Shown: positions 37,780 to 47,143 of the stretch, piece by piece
Numbering within the stretch: the stretch's first letter is position 1
How the letters are laid out: each line of letters begins with the position of its first letter
DNA from: Wenzhouxiangellaceae bacterium
Lineage (GTDB): Bacteria > Pseudomonadota > Gammaproteobacteria > Xanthomonadales > Wenzhouxiangellaceae
Assembly (NCBI GenBank): GCA_039794245.1
Contig: JBDIVS010000004.1
Coordinates: 7,109-71,108, forward strand
Reading direction: 5' to 3'
Length of the DNA: 64,000 nt
Program-made: the position numbers and the translations under genes
The notes under the pieces: model-generated
The model's database searches: none
What the model was told of the DNA's origin: nothing
The model's input: only the letters and a program-made list of their open reading frames with translations

Positions 37780-38300
37780 GGTTGACCTGCCGGATCGGAT
37801 GAGCCCTGCCCGGAGCCAAAACACCGCGGTTTGCTGAGAAAAGTCGCCCCCGGATCGATCAGCGCCGCGCCTTCCAGCGCGCTGCGCCCGAGGAGCACAG
37901 GATAGATGAATTCGCGGCGGTCGATCAGCGTGAACTCCACTTCGCGGTGATGTTCGCCGAAGCAGACATCGAGGCCGATCACCGCGCGGCGCTGATGTTT
38001 GCCGTTATGGCGGATGATACGCACCGTGCGCAGAAGCGGCCGTTCGAGGACCAGCGGCTCGCCGTCGTGGGTCGCCCTGACCGTGAAGCGCGCCCAGCGG
38101 CGGCCGGCACGCCGGAAGGTCTGGATCTCGGTGGCGTCTAGCGAGGAGGTCGCGGCGCCGGTATCGAATTTGGCTTTCAGGGTCAATGTCCCGTCGAGGA
38201 TCTGCACCCGTTCGATCCAGCCGAAAATCGGCAATTCGGCGCCCGCCGGCGGGGCGGCGGCAAGCAGCAGGAGAGTCAAGATCCGGCCGGCCCGTCTCAT
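37776..38300 (-). CDS. Retropepsin-like aspartic protease (DUF785 / 'ATP-dependent zinc protease' family)
   Basis: 174 aa. Signal peptide, then FGWIERVQI...LKAKFDTGAATSSL with a DTGA motif. Confidence 0.78.
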   Translation of the reverse strand: MRRAGRILTLLLLAAAPPAGAELPIFGWIERVQILDGTLTLKAKFDTGAATSSLDATEIQTFRRAGRRWARFTVRATHDGEPLVLERPLLRTVRIIRHNGKHQRRAVIGLDVCFGEHHREVEFTLIDRREFIYPVLLGRSALEGAALIDPGATFLSKPRCFGSGQGSSDPAGQP

Positions 38301-39874
38301 GCCTGCCGCTCCAGCAGAAGATCGGCGGCTTTTTCGGCGATCATCATGACCGGGGCGTTGGTATTGCCGCTGGTCAGTTGCGGCATGATGGAGGCATCGA
38401 CGACGTAAAGACCTTCGAGGCCGTGCACGGCCAGCCGATGATCGACCACCGCCGTCTCGTCACGACCCATTTTGCAGGTGCCGGCCGGATGATAGATCGT
38501 CTCGGCCTTGCGCCGGATAAAGGCGAGGACCGCATCGTCGTCCTGGACCGTGTCGCCCGGAAAAATCTCCGGGCCGCGGTAGGGACCGAACGGCGCGGTG
38601 GCGAAAATCTCGCGGCTCATCCGGACGCATTCGACCATCATCCGGCGGTCGTATTCGGCTGCCAGGTAGTGGGCGTGGATGGCCGGCGGGCGGGCCGGGT
38701 CGGCCGACTCCAGCAACAGCCGGCCGCGGCTTTGCGGCCTGAGCGGGCAGGCGTGCAGTGTGTAGCCGTGGCCCGGCAGCCGGTTACGGCCGTGGTCGTC
38801 GAGCTGCGCCGGCACGAAATGGAACTGCACGTCCGGGCGCTCGTCGGCGGCGTGGCGGCTGCGGGCGAAACCGCCGGCTTCGGCGAGATTCGAGCTGCCG
38901 ATGCCTTCGTGGCTCAGCCAGTAGCGCAGCCCGACGCCGATTTCATTGAGCTGGTCGTAGGTGATCGGCTGGTTGCATCTTTGCAGCGTGCAGATGTCGA
39001 GGTGGTCCTGCAAATTGGCACCGACGCCGGGCAGGTGGTGTACCACATCGATGCCGATGGACCGCAAATGGTCGGCCGGCCCGACGCCGGAGAGCATCAG
39101 AAGCTGCGGCGAATTGATCGCCCCACCGGCCAGGATGATCCGCCCGCCGCGGGTGGTGACGCTTTCTCCCTGGTGGCGGTAGCGCACGCCCGCCGCGCGC
39201 CGGCCGTCGAAGACGACCTGCTCGGCCAGGGCGCGGATCACGACCCTCAGGTTGTCGCGCTCCATCGCCGGTTCGAGCCAGGCGACCGCGGCGCTGCACC
39301 GCCGGCCGTTGCGCTGCGTGACCTGGTAGTAGCCGAACCCTTCCTGCCGCTCGCCGTTGAAATCGTCGTTGGCCGGGTGGCCGGCGGCTTTCGCCGCCGC
39401 GATAAACACCGCACTCAGCGGGTTGGTATGGCGCAGGTCGGAAACGCTGAGCGGCCCGCCGCTGCCGTGCCATGGCGAGGCGCCGCGTTGCTGGTCCTCG
39501 CTTTTCAGGAAATAGGGCAGGACGTTGGCAAACTCCCAGCCGGGGTTGCCGGCCGCGGCCCAGATGTCGTAATCCGCCGGCTGGCCGCGCACATAGCACA
39601 TGGCGTTGATGCTGCTGCTGCCGCCCAATACCTTGCCGCGCGGCCAATACAGCCGCCGGCCGTCGAGGCCGGGTTCCGGCTCGGTCAAGTAGTTCCAATT
39701 GAGCCCGCGGTGGCCGGCCAGTTGGGCGAGCCCGGCCGGCATGTGGATGAACGGGTTCCAGTCGCGGCCGCCGGCCTCGAGCAGCAGGACGCGCCGCGTG
39801 CCGCCGGCGCTCAGCCGGTTGGCCAGTACACAGCCGGCCGAACCGGCGCCGATGATGATGTCGTCGTATTCCAT
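38297..39874 (-). CDS. GMC family oxidoreductase (choline dehydrogenase-like)
   Basis: 525 aa from ATG 39874. DDIIIGAGSAGCVLANRLS FAD motif and C-terminal HPAGTCKMG. The track ORF has a 65-aa spurious extension. Confidence 0.9.
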   Translation of the reverse strand: MEYDDIIIGAGSAGCVLANRLSAGGTRRVLLLEAGGRDWNPFIHMPAGLAQLAGHRGLNWNYLTEPEPGLDGRRLYWPRGKVLGGSSSINAMCYVRGQPADYDIWAAAGNPGWEFANVLPYFLKSEDQQRGASPWHGSGGPLSVSDLRHTNPLSAVFIAAAKAAGHPANDDFNGERQEGFGYYQVTQRNGRRCSAAVAWLEPAMERDNLRVVIRALAEQVVFDGRRAAGVRYRHQGESVTTRGGRIILAGGAINSPQLLMLSGVGPADHLRSIGIDVVHHLPGVGANLQDHLDICTLQRCNQPITYDQLNEIGVGLRYWLSHEGIGSSNLAEAGGFARSRHAADERPDVQFHFVPAQLDDHGRNRLPGHGYTLHACPLRPQSRGRLLLESADPARPPAIHAHYLAAEYDRRMMVECVRMSREIFATAPFGPYRGPEIFPGDTVQDDDAVLAFIRRKAETIYHPAGTCKMGRDETAVVDHRLAVHGLEGLYVVDASIMPQLTSGNTNAPVMMIAEKAADLLLERQA

Positions 39875-40089
39875 CGAGGATCGCTGTCGATCAGTGCGGC
39901 CGAGTAGGATACGCCATGCGGCGGCGGGCGGCCAGCGGCCGGGGCGTGGCCGAACAAGACCCTTGCCCCGGAAACGGGGCAGAAATCGCATGCCAGGTAG
40001 GGAATTATTTCGTAGATTGCCGGTCTTTTGATCGCCGGCGCGGGGTGCGCCGGCGATCGATCTGCCCACCGGTAACAGGATTCCGCTGC

Positions 40090-43000
40090 TTGATACTCAC
40101 CCGTCTTTCGCTGGCCAACAAGGTGGCGGTTGCCGTCGGCGGCATCCTGCTCGGCATTTTCGGCGTCCTCAGCCTGACCGCGCTGCCGGTGCAGCTCACG
40201 CCCGAAGTGCAGCGGCCGCAGATTTCGGTCAACACCGGCTGGCGCGCCGCGGCGCCGCAGGAGGTCGAGGCCGAGATCATCGAACCGCAGGAAAATATGC
40301 TGCGCGGCATCCCGGGCCTGCGCCGGATGACCTCGACCGCATCGCAGGGCGAGGGCTCGATCAACCTCGAGTTCGATCTCGAAGCCGACATGAACCGGGC
40401 GCTGATCGAGGTGCTGAACCGCCTCAACCAGGTGCCGCGTTACCCGGTCGATGTCACCGAACCGACGGTGCGCCTGGGCAGCGACAATCGTGGCGATTCG
40501 ATCGCCTGGTTCGCGATCCAGACACTGCCCGGTAACGACCGGGAAATCGTCAGTTACCAGGATTTCGTCGAGGAGGTGATCCGGCCGCGCTTCGAACGCA
40601 TACCGGGCGTCGCCTCGTCGCGGGTGTTCGGCGGCCGCGGCGAGGAGATCCGGATCACGTTCGACCCGTACCGTGCCGCGTCGCTGGGCGTCGATCTCAG
40701 TACGATTGGCGACCAGGTGGGCAGCAACCAGGACGTCTCGGCCGGTTTCAACGAAGTCGGGCGCCGGCAGTACACCCTCCGTTTCGCCGGCAAGCTCGAG
40801 GCCGCCGAACTCGGCGAGATCGTGCTCGACTGGCGCCAGGGCCGGCCGGTCAGGCTCAAGGATCTGGCGCGCGTCGAGCGCGTGATGCAGGATCGCAGTT
40901 CGGTGTTCACGCAAAACGGCGCCCCGTCGGTCGCCATCAACGTCGTTGCCGAGAGTGGGGCCAACGTCCTCGAGATCATGAGCGAACTCAAGCAGACGGT
41001 GGCCGAACTCGAACACACCGAGCTTCAGCCGCGCGGCCTGAAGATCACGCAGTCGTCCGACAACTCGATCTATATCCGCGCCGCGATCGCCATGGTGCGC
41101 AACAACCTGCTCCTCGGCGTCATCCTCGCCGTCGGCGTGCTGTGGTGGTTTCTGCGCAAGCTGCGCGCCACGCTGGTCGTGGCGCTGGCCATCCCGCTTT
41201 GCCTGTTCGCTTCGTTCATCGTGATGAACGCCCTCGGCCGGACGCTGAACATCATTTCGCTCGCCGGGCTGGCGTTCGCCACCGGCATGGTGCTCGATGC
41301 GGCGATCGTCGTGCTCGAAAACATCGTCCGGCTGCGCGAGGCAGGAAACGAACCCGAAGCGGCGGCCAGGACCGGCGTCGATCAGGTGTGGGGGGCGCTG
41401 GTCGCTTCGACCGCGACGACAGTGGCGATTTTTCTGCCGGTAATCTTTCTGCGCGACGAGGCCGGCCAGTTGTTCAGCGACCTGGCGCTGACGATTTCGG
41501 CGGCGATCATCGCCTCGCTCGTCGTCGCGATCACGGTCCTGCCGGCGGCGGCCGGCCGGCTGCTCGGCGGTGCCGGCCTCAAGGACCGCAATGCCGATAC
41601 CTGGCGGCGTATCGCCGACGGCGTGATGCGTCTGACCGCGACGTCCCGCCAGCGCTTCGCGTGGATCGCCGGACTGACGCTCGGCCCCGTGCTGCTCGCC
41701 GTACTTCTGATGCCGGCGGCCGATTATCTGCCCGAGGGCAGGCGCAATTTCGTCTTTGGTTTTCTGGTCACCCCGCCGGGCACCGGTATGGACGCTGCCG
41801 AAGGCGAAATCGTCGAGGTGATCAATGACCGGCTCAGGCCGTATCTTGACGGCGAACGCGAGCCGAAGATCCGCGACACGTTTCTCGGCTTTTTCGGCAG
41901 CGGGGCGTTCATCGGCGCCCGGGCCGCCGCTGACGGCGACGTCGATCGGATGCTCGAGGTGTTCAACAACGAGGTGATTACTGGCTTTCCCGACACCTTC
42001 GGCGGTGTCAGCCGGGCGCCGATTTTCGGCGGCCGCGGCGGGCGGCGCATCGATGTCGATCTGGGCAGCGCCGATTACCCGCAACTTTTGGCCGCGGCCA
42101 ATGCCGGTTTCGATGCCCTGCGCCAGGCGCTGCCCGGGGCCCAGGTCCGGCCGCAGCCGGCGCTCGAGATGGCCGAACCCGAAATCCGGCTGACTCCCGA
42201 CGACCGGCGCATCTCCGAAGTCGGCTGGAACCGGGTACGGATGGGTACTGTGGTCCGGGCGCTTGGCGATGGGGCGTTTCTCGGCGAGTATTTCGACGGC
42301 AACCGGCGTTTGAATATCGTGCTGCGCGCTGACGATTGGCGCACACCCGAGGAGTTGGCGGCGATTCCACTGGCGACGCCGAGCGGCGAGGTTCAGACGC
42401 TCGGCGAGCTGACCCGCCTGACCCGCACCGCCGGCCCGAACCAGATCCGCCGCGTCGATCGGCGGCGGACGATATCCCTGCAAGTGACACCGCCTTCCGG
42501 CCTGGCGCTGGAAGATGTCTTGAACACGATCGAGCGTGACGTTGCGCCGAAAATCCGCGCTGCGTTGCCTGCAGACGGCAGCGTTCTGTTCCGCGGCACG
42601 GCCGAGGCGCTCGGCGAGGCGTTGCGCTCGATGTCCGGCAGTTTTCTTCTGGCGATGGTGATCCTGTATCTTTTGATCAGCGCCCTGTTCCAGTCCTTCC
42701 GCGACAGCTTGCTGGTGATGACGACGATCCCGATGGCTGCCGTCGGTGGTCTGCTGCTGCTGCGCCTGACCGGGCTTTTCACGCCGCAGCCGCTTGACCT
42801 AATGACGATGATCGGCTTTGTGATCCTGCTTGGCCTGGTCGTCAACAACGCCATCCTGCTCGTCTATCGCGCCCGCCAGGGCGAAAGGGAAGAAGGGCTG
42901 GGGCGGGCGGCGGCGGTCCATTCGGCGATTCGCCTGCGCCTGCGGCCCATCCTGATGAGTACCTTGACCAGTGTTTTCGGGATGTTGCCGTTGTGGCTGG

Positions 43001-43182
43001 TGCCGGGCTCGGGCAGCGAGTTGTACCGCGGGCTGGCCGCGGTGATCGCCGGCGGCATGCTGCTGAGCACGGTGTTCACGTTGATCCTGTTGCCCAGCTT
43101 GCTGCGTCTCAGCGAGACGGCAAGAGCCGGGCGGCGCACTTTTTCGCCTGCGGCAGCGGCGATCGGAACGGTGGTGAAATGA
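40090..43182 (+). CDS. RND efflux transporter permease (AcrB/AcrD/AcrF family)
   Basis: About 1030 aa with 12-TM RND architecture. There is no in-frame ATG near the first TM, so TTG 40090 or GTG 40123 is the likely start. Confidence 0.85.
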   Translation: MILTRLSLANKVAVAVGGILLGIFGVLSLTALPVQLTPEVQRPQISVNTGWRAAAPQEVEAEIIEPQENMLRGIPGLRRMTSTASQGEGSINLEFDLEADMNRALIEVLNRLNQVPRYPVDVTEPTVRLGSDNRGDSIAWFAIQTLPGNDREIVSYQDFVEEVIRPRFERIPGVASSRVFGGRGEEIRITFDPYRAASLGVDLSTIGDQVGSNQDVSAGFNEVGRRQYTLRFAGKLEAAELGEIVLDWRQGRPVRLKDLARVERVMQDRSSVFTQNGAPSVAINVVAESGANVLEIMSELKQTVAELEHTELQPRGLKITQSSDNSIYIRAAIAMVRNNLLLGVILAVGVLWWFLRKLRATLVVALAIPLCLFASFIVMNALGRTLNIISLAGLAFATGMVLDAAIVVLENIVRLREAGNEPEAAARTGVDQVWGALVASTATTVAIFLPVIFLRDEAGQLFSDLALTISAAIIASLVVAITVLPAAAGRLLGGAGLKDRNADTWRRIADGVMRLTATSRQRFAWIAGLTLGPVLLAVLLMPAADYLPEGRRNFVFGFLVTPPGTGMDAAEGEIVEVINDRLRPYLDGEREPKIRDTFLGFFGSGAFIGARAAADGDVDRMLEVFNNEVITGFPDTFGGVSRAPIFGGRGGRRIDVDLGSADYPQLLAAANAGFDALRQALPGAQVRPQPALEMAEPEIRLTPDDRRISEVGWNRVRMGTVVRALGDGAFLGEYFDGNRRLNIVLRADDWRTPEELAAIPLATPSGEVQTLGELTRLTRTAGPNQIRRVDRRRTISLQVTPPSGLALEDVLNTIERDVAPKIRAALPADGSVLFRGTAEALGEALRSMSGSFLLAMVILYLLISALFQSFRDSLLVMTTIPMAAVGGLLLLRLTGLFTPQPLDLMTMIGFVILLGLVVNNAILLVYRARQGEREEGLGRAAAVHSAIRLRLRPILMSTLTSVFGMLPLWLVPGSGSELYRGLAAVIAGGMLLSTVFTLILLPSLLRLSETARAGRRTFSPAAAAIGTVVK

Positions 43183-44270
43183 GAGACGCAAAGGAGCGCG
43201 CCGGCCGCCGGCTCGCGGGCCGCCTGGCGGCGGTGATGAGACAGACGAGTTTAGTGTTTGCCGTGCTGGCGACAACCGGCCCGGTGGCGGCGCAGAAAGA
43301 ACCGCCGGCACTGGTCCGGGTGGCCCCGGTGAGCATCGAGTCGATGGCGCCGATGACCTGGGTCGCCGGCACGGTGATCAGCCGCGTCGACGCCCGGCTG
43401 GCGGCGGAAGTCGAAGGCCGGTTGCTGTCGATCGCCGAAGTCGGAACGCGGGTGGCCGCCGGCGACGAGATCGCCCGGATTGAGGCTACGGCGCTTACAT
43501 TGCGCGCCGCCGAGCTGGCCGCTGAGGTCGAGCGGGCCGGCGCCAGGCTGGCGTACCTGCAAGGCGAAAGCGCCCGCCAGGAGCAACTGATCGAACGCAA
43601 CCTCACCCCGGCCAGCACCCTGGCGCAGACCCGCTCCGACGCACGGATTGCGGCCAGTGAACTCAAAGTGGCCGAAAGCCGTCTGGCGCAGCTCCAGGAT
43701 CAAATTGGACGCACCCGCATCCGTGCCCCGTTCGCCGGCAAGGTGGTCGAACGCCTGCGCGACCCCGGCGAGCGGGTAGCGGTCGGCGATGAGGTGGTGC
43801 GTATCGTCGATCCCGACCATCTCGAAGTCGTCGCCCGGCCGCCGCTCGATTACCTGCCGTACGTCAGCGACGGTTTGTATCTGCCGGTCCGGGCCGGCGC
43901 CGTGCGCGGCGAAGGCCGGGTGCGCACCGTCGTCGCCCTTGGCGACGAGGCGACGCACGTTTTCGAACTGCGTCTCGACGTCCCGGCAGAGGCTTACGCC
44001 GCCGGCCAGACCGTGCGCCTCGCGATCCCGGTCGCCGGCCAGCGCGAAGTGGTGTCGGTGCCGCGCGACGCGCTGGTCCTGCGCGGCGACGGCATCGCGG
44101 TGTTCGTGGTCGATGACGACATGACCGCCCGCCGCGTCGAGGTGACAACCGGCATCGGCAACGAAGAGCGTATCGAAGTGCTTGGCGACCTGGTACCGGG
44201 CAGCCAGGTCATCATCCGCGGCAACGAACGCCTGCGCCCCGGGCAGAGTGTGCACGTGATCGAGGGCTGA
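43179..44270 (+). CDS. RND efflux periplasmic adaptor (membrane fusion protein)
   Basis: 363 aa from ATG 43179 (ATGA overlap). Coiled-coil hairpin plus barrel domains (IRAPFAGKVVERL). Confidence 0.85.
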   Translation: MRDAKERAGRRLAGRLAAVMRQTSLVFAVLATTGPVAAQKEPPALVRVAPVSIESMAPMTWVAGTVISRVDARLAAEVEGRLLSIAEVGTRVAAGDEIARIEATALTLRAAELAAEVERAGARLAYLQGESARQEQLIERNLTPASTLAQTRSDARIAASELKVAESRLAQLQDQIGRTRIRAPFAGKVVERLRDPGERVAVGDEVVRIVDPDHLEVVARPPLDYLPYVSDGLYLPVRAGAVRGEGRVRTVVALGDEATHVFELRLDVPAEAYAAGQTVRLAIPVAGQREVVSVPRDALVLRGDGIAVFVVDDDMTARRVEVTTGIGNEERIEVLGDLVPGSQVIIRGNERLRPGQSVHVIEG

Positions 44271-44310
44271 TGCTGCGCTCGCCGAGGCGGCGATTGGGGT
44301 GAACCAGTCT

Positions 44311-44430
44311 GGATGGGGCGGCCGAGCTGCGGCCGTTCAAATTGCGTTCCCGACGCATTTTTAGGGCAATCGGCCAAGCTGTACTCGCCAGATTGGCCGA
44401 GAATCCCGGGAATTTATGCAACAGTTGGGT
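44311..44430 (-). repeat. MITE-like element, left arm of the long variant only (truncated)
   Basis: The reverse complement matches 31944 to about 32060, including the CCC..AAATGCGTCGGG hairpin block. The AT-rich arm and the second terminus are absent. Confidence 0.75.
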
Positions 44431-44689
44431 AAATGTTACTGCGATGACCTACCAGAACAACCAACACGATCGTTCGGTCAAGTCCGATCCGGCAGATCAT
44501 CCGGTAATCGCCCAACCGGTAACGCCAGAAGCCATGCATCTTATGGGACAGTGCCTTGCCGAACCGGTGGGGGTCATCCGGCGTGGCAATCCGGGTACGA
44601 AAAAAACGCAGGATTTTTTGCTGAACCTCGGTGCTCAGGCGGCGTAATTCTTTGGCGGCACGATCATCCCATTCAACCTTCCAGATCAA
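44414..44689 (-). CDS. Type II toxin, RelE/ParE family
   Basis: 91 aa. WKVEWDDRAAKELRRL...YRLGDYRMICRI...VGHRSNIY. The last 4 codons and the stop (PTVA*) come from the element terminus. Confidence 0.88.
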   Translation of the reverse strand: MIWKVEWDDRAAKELRRLSTEVQQKILRFFRTRIATPDDPHRFGKALSHKMHGFWRYRLGDYRMICRIGLDRTIVLVVLVGHRSNIYPTVA

Positions 44690-44885
44690 ACCCCTGCTCT
44701 ATTTCTTCCATCGTCCAACGCCGGGCGGGATGTTCCAGACGGTGCACTGCCAGATATTGATCTTCCAGATCTTCCAGATGCGCTGCGATTGCCTGGCGGG
44801 CGAAATATGATTTGGTACGCCCCGTCTGGGCCGCGAGCCGGGTTAATCGCTCTTCGATTTCTTTTGGTAAACGGATGGCAAGCAT
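44673..44885 (-). CDS. Type II antitoxin, ribbon-helix-helix (RelB/ParD/CopG-like)
   Basis: 70 aa. MLAIRLPKEIEERLTRLAAQTGRTKSYFARQAI is an RHH motif. 17-nt overlap with the toxin gene. Confidence 0.85.
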   Translation of the reverse strand: MLAIRLPKEIEERLTRLAAQTGRTKSYFARQAIAAHLEDLEDQYLAVHRLEHPARRWTMEEIEQGFDLEG

Positions 44886-45045
44886 CGGGTCGATTCTGTA
44901 TTACATGTCTGACACCGGAAGTTTACATATACTGCCCGGAAATACAGTCCAAATGCCGTCCGATTTCTGAGCATCACCCCAAGGTCACCGTCCCCGGGCC
45001 GTTCTGCTACCATGCGCCGCGGTCCTCTGCCGTGAGCCACCCTTC

Positions 45046-46344
45046 ATGTCCGCCGTTGCCGATGCGCCGCGCGATCCGATCCGCTGGCTGAAGCCGCTGA
45101 CTGTCATCGGCCGCGACGAATGGCCGCAGGTGGCCCTGTCCTTTGTCTATTTTTTCAGCCTGCTCGGCGGCTATTTCATGCTCCGCCCGGTGCGCGAGGC
45201 GATGGCTGTGGCGGGTGGCGTCGAGAACATCCCGTGGCTGTTCACTGCCACCTTCATCGTGATGCTGGCGATGACGCCGCTTTACGGTTGGCTGGTCAGC
45301 CGCTATCCGCGGCGTGTTTTTCTGCCCGTCGTCTATCTGTTTTTTGCCACTCACCTCGTGCTGTTTTATCTGCTGTTCCGGCAGCAGGCCGCCGGCCCGC
45401 TGCTCAGCCGGGTGTTTTTTGTCTGGCTCAGCGTCTTCAATTTGTTCGTCGTCTCTGTGTTCTGGAGTTTCATGGTCGATCTGTTCAGCACCGCCCAGGC
45501 CCGCCGCCTGTTCGGAGTGATCGCCGCCGGCGGCAGCAGCGGGGCGATCGCCGGGCCGTGGCTGACAGCCTATCTGGCGCCGCGGGTCGGCGTCGCGAAC
45601 CTGTTGCTGCTGGCTGCCGGCCTGTTGCTCGTCGCGACGGTGTGCATCTACCGGCTGCGCCGCTACAGCATGGAACACGACGCCCTGCAACGCGCCGAAG
45701 ACCGGGCGGCGCTGGCCGGCGGCCTGCTCGACGGGGTACGCCGCGTGCTCGCCTCGCCCTACCTTCTGCTGATCGCCGGGCTGATGCTGCTGCACAACAT
45801 CGCCGCCGGTTTTCTTTACAACCTGCGCGCCATTCTGGTGGCCGAAGCAACCGGCGATTTCATCGCCCAGACCCAGATCTTCGGCCACATCGATTTCACC
45901 GTCAACGTCCTGGCACTGTTGTTGCAGGCACTGGTCACGGCGCGCCTGATCAGGCACTTTGGCATGGCGGCGACAATGGCCGTCGTGCCAGTGCTGTTGT
46001 TCCTCGGCTTTTGGGTGTTCGGGGCGCTGCCGACACTGCTCGTCGTGAGCGCCGTGCAGGTCGGGCAGCGGGCGATGAATTACGGCCTGATCGGTCCGGC
46101 GAAGGAGATGCTGTTCACGCCGGTCGATCGGATCAACAAATACAAAAGCAAGAACTTTATCGATACCGTGGTCTATCGCGGCAGCGACGTGGTCGCCGGC
46201 TGGCTGTTCTGGAGCCTGATCGCCGCCGGTCTCGACAAGGGCCAGACGGCGTTCACCCTGCTGCCTGTTTTGCTCCTGTGGGTGTTTCTTGTACTGCGCC
46301 TGGGCCGGCGTTACCGGGCGCTGGCAGGCGGGCAAGCGGCATGA
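45046..46344 (+). CDS. MFS transporter, Npt1/Npt2 (ATP:ADP antiporter-like) family
   Basis: 432 aa, about 12 TM. The N-terminal FVYFFSLLGGYFMLRPVREAM resembles the TLC/Npt family. Confidence 0.6.
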   Translation: MSAVADAPRDPIRWLKPLTVIGRDEWPQVALSFVYFFSLLGGYFMLRPVREAMAVAGGVENIPWLFTATFIVMLAMTPLYGWLVSRYPRRVFLPVVYLFFATHLVLFYLLFRQQAAGPLLSRVFFVWLSVFNLFVVSVFWSFMVDLFSTAQARRLFGVIAAGGSSGAIAGPWLTAYLAPRVGVANLLLLAAGLLLVATVCIYRLRRYSMEHDALQRAEDRAALAGGLLDGVRRVLASPYLLLIAGLMLLHNIAAGFLYNLRAILVAEATGDFIAQTQIFGHIDFTVNVLALLLQALVTARLIRHFGMAATMAVVPVLLFLGFWVFGALPTLLVVSAVQVGQRAMNYGLIGPAKEMLFTPVDRINKYKSKNFIDTVVYRGSDVVAGWLFWSLIAAGLDKGQTAFTLLPVLLLWVFLVLRLGRRYRALAGGQAA

Positions 46345-47143
46345 ACCAGCGCCGGCCGCCGAGGGTCATGGCGTGCATCGGGCAGCCGTAGAGCCGGCTG
46401 AGACGCGCTGCCTCGAGCAGTTCGTCACACGTCCCCGCTTGCGTTTCGCCGTCGCCGAAGAGCAACAAGATCCGGTCGCAAAAGGCGGCGGCGAGATTGA
46501 TGTCATGGGTTGCCAGGAGCGCCGCCGTACCGCGCAAGGTGGCGTCACGGACGCATTCGAGCACTTGCTGCTGGTGCGGCAGATCGAGGTGGTTGGTCGG
46601 CTCGTCGAGTAACATCAGGCGCGGCTTTTGCACCAGCAACGCGGCAAACGCCAGGCGCCGGGCTTCGCCGCCCGACAGCGTGCGCAGCGGCCGACCGGCG
46701 AGTGCCGCCATTCCCGTCCGGCGCAGCGCGCGGCGGGCCAGGGCGAAATCGCGCGGCCCTTCCATCTGCCAGGGTTTGAGGTGCGGATGGCGGCCGATCA
46801 ATACCGCCTCCAGCACCGTGGCATCGAACGCCGCGGGCAGCCGCTGCGGCAGCATGCCGAGCCGGCGGGCGATGGTTTTGCGCGGCAGGGCGAGAATCGG
46901 CTCGCCGTCGATAAGCACGGTGCCGGCCTCTGGCGGGGCCAGCCCGGCCAGGGTTTCGAGCAACGTCGTTTTGCCGGCGCCGTTGGGCCCGAGTATGCCC
47001 CACACTTCACCGGCGCGGATCTCGAGGTCGAGTCCGCTGACCAGTATCCGCCCGCCGCGGCTAAGTTCGAGGCCGCGGCCGGCAAGCGCCGGCGGGCAGC
47101 GCCGGTGGTGCACGGTGGCGGCCTGGGGCTTATCCCGGTTCAT
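46253..47143 (-). CDS. ABC transporter ATP-binding protein (FecE/BtuD/HmuV type)
   Basis: 296 aa from ATG 47143. Walker A GPNGAGKTT, signature LSGGEARR, Walker B LMLLDEP. Confidence 0.88.
   Translation of the reverse strand: MNRDKPQAATVHHRRCPPALAGRGLELSRGGRILVSGLDLEIRAGEVWGILGPNGAGKTTLLETLAGLAPPEAGTVLIDGEPILALPRKTIARRLGMLPQRLPAAFDATVLEAVLIGRHPHLKPWQMEGPRDFALARRALRRTGMAALAGRPLRTLSGGEARRLAFAALLVQKPRLMLLDEPTNHLDLPHQQQVLECVRDATLRGTAALLATHDINLAAAFCDRILLLFGDGETQAGTCDELLEAARLSRLYGCPMHAMTLGGRRWFMPLARLPAPGNAGPGAVQETPTGAKQAAG

Noticed and set aside
39811-42483. Very long antisense or alternative-frame ORFs throughout the track. Examples: 39811-42483 minus (890 aa), 21722-23548 minus (608 aa), 17401-18867 minus, 5789-7252 minus, 9547-10863 minus, 45007-46335 minus, 52757-54166 minus, 30032-31294 plus, 38186-39907 plus and 35199-36278 plus.
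   Set aside because: They lie opposite to, or out of frame with, genes that have unmistakable family motifs. Their translations are Arg/Ala/Gly/Pro-rich low-complexity strings, typical of stop-poor shadow frames in GC-rich DNA.
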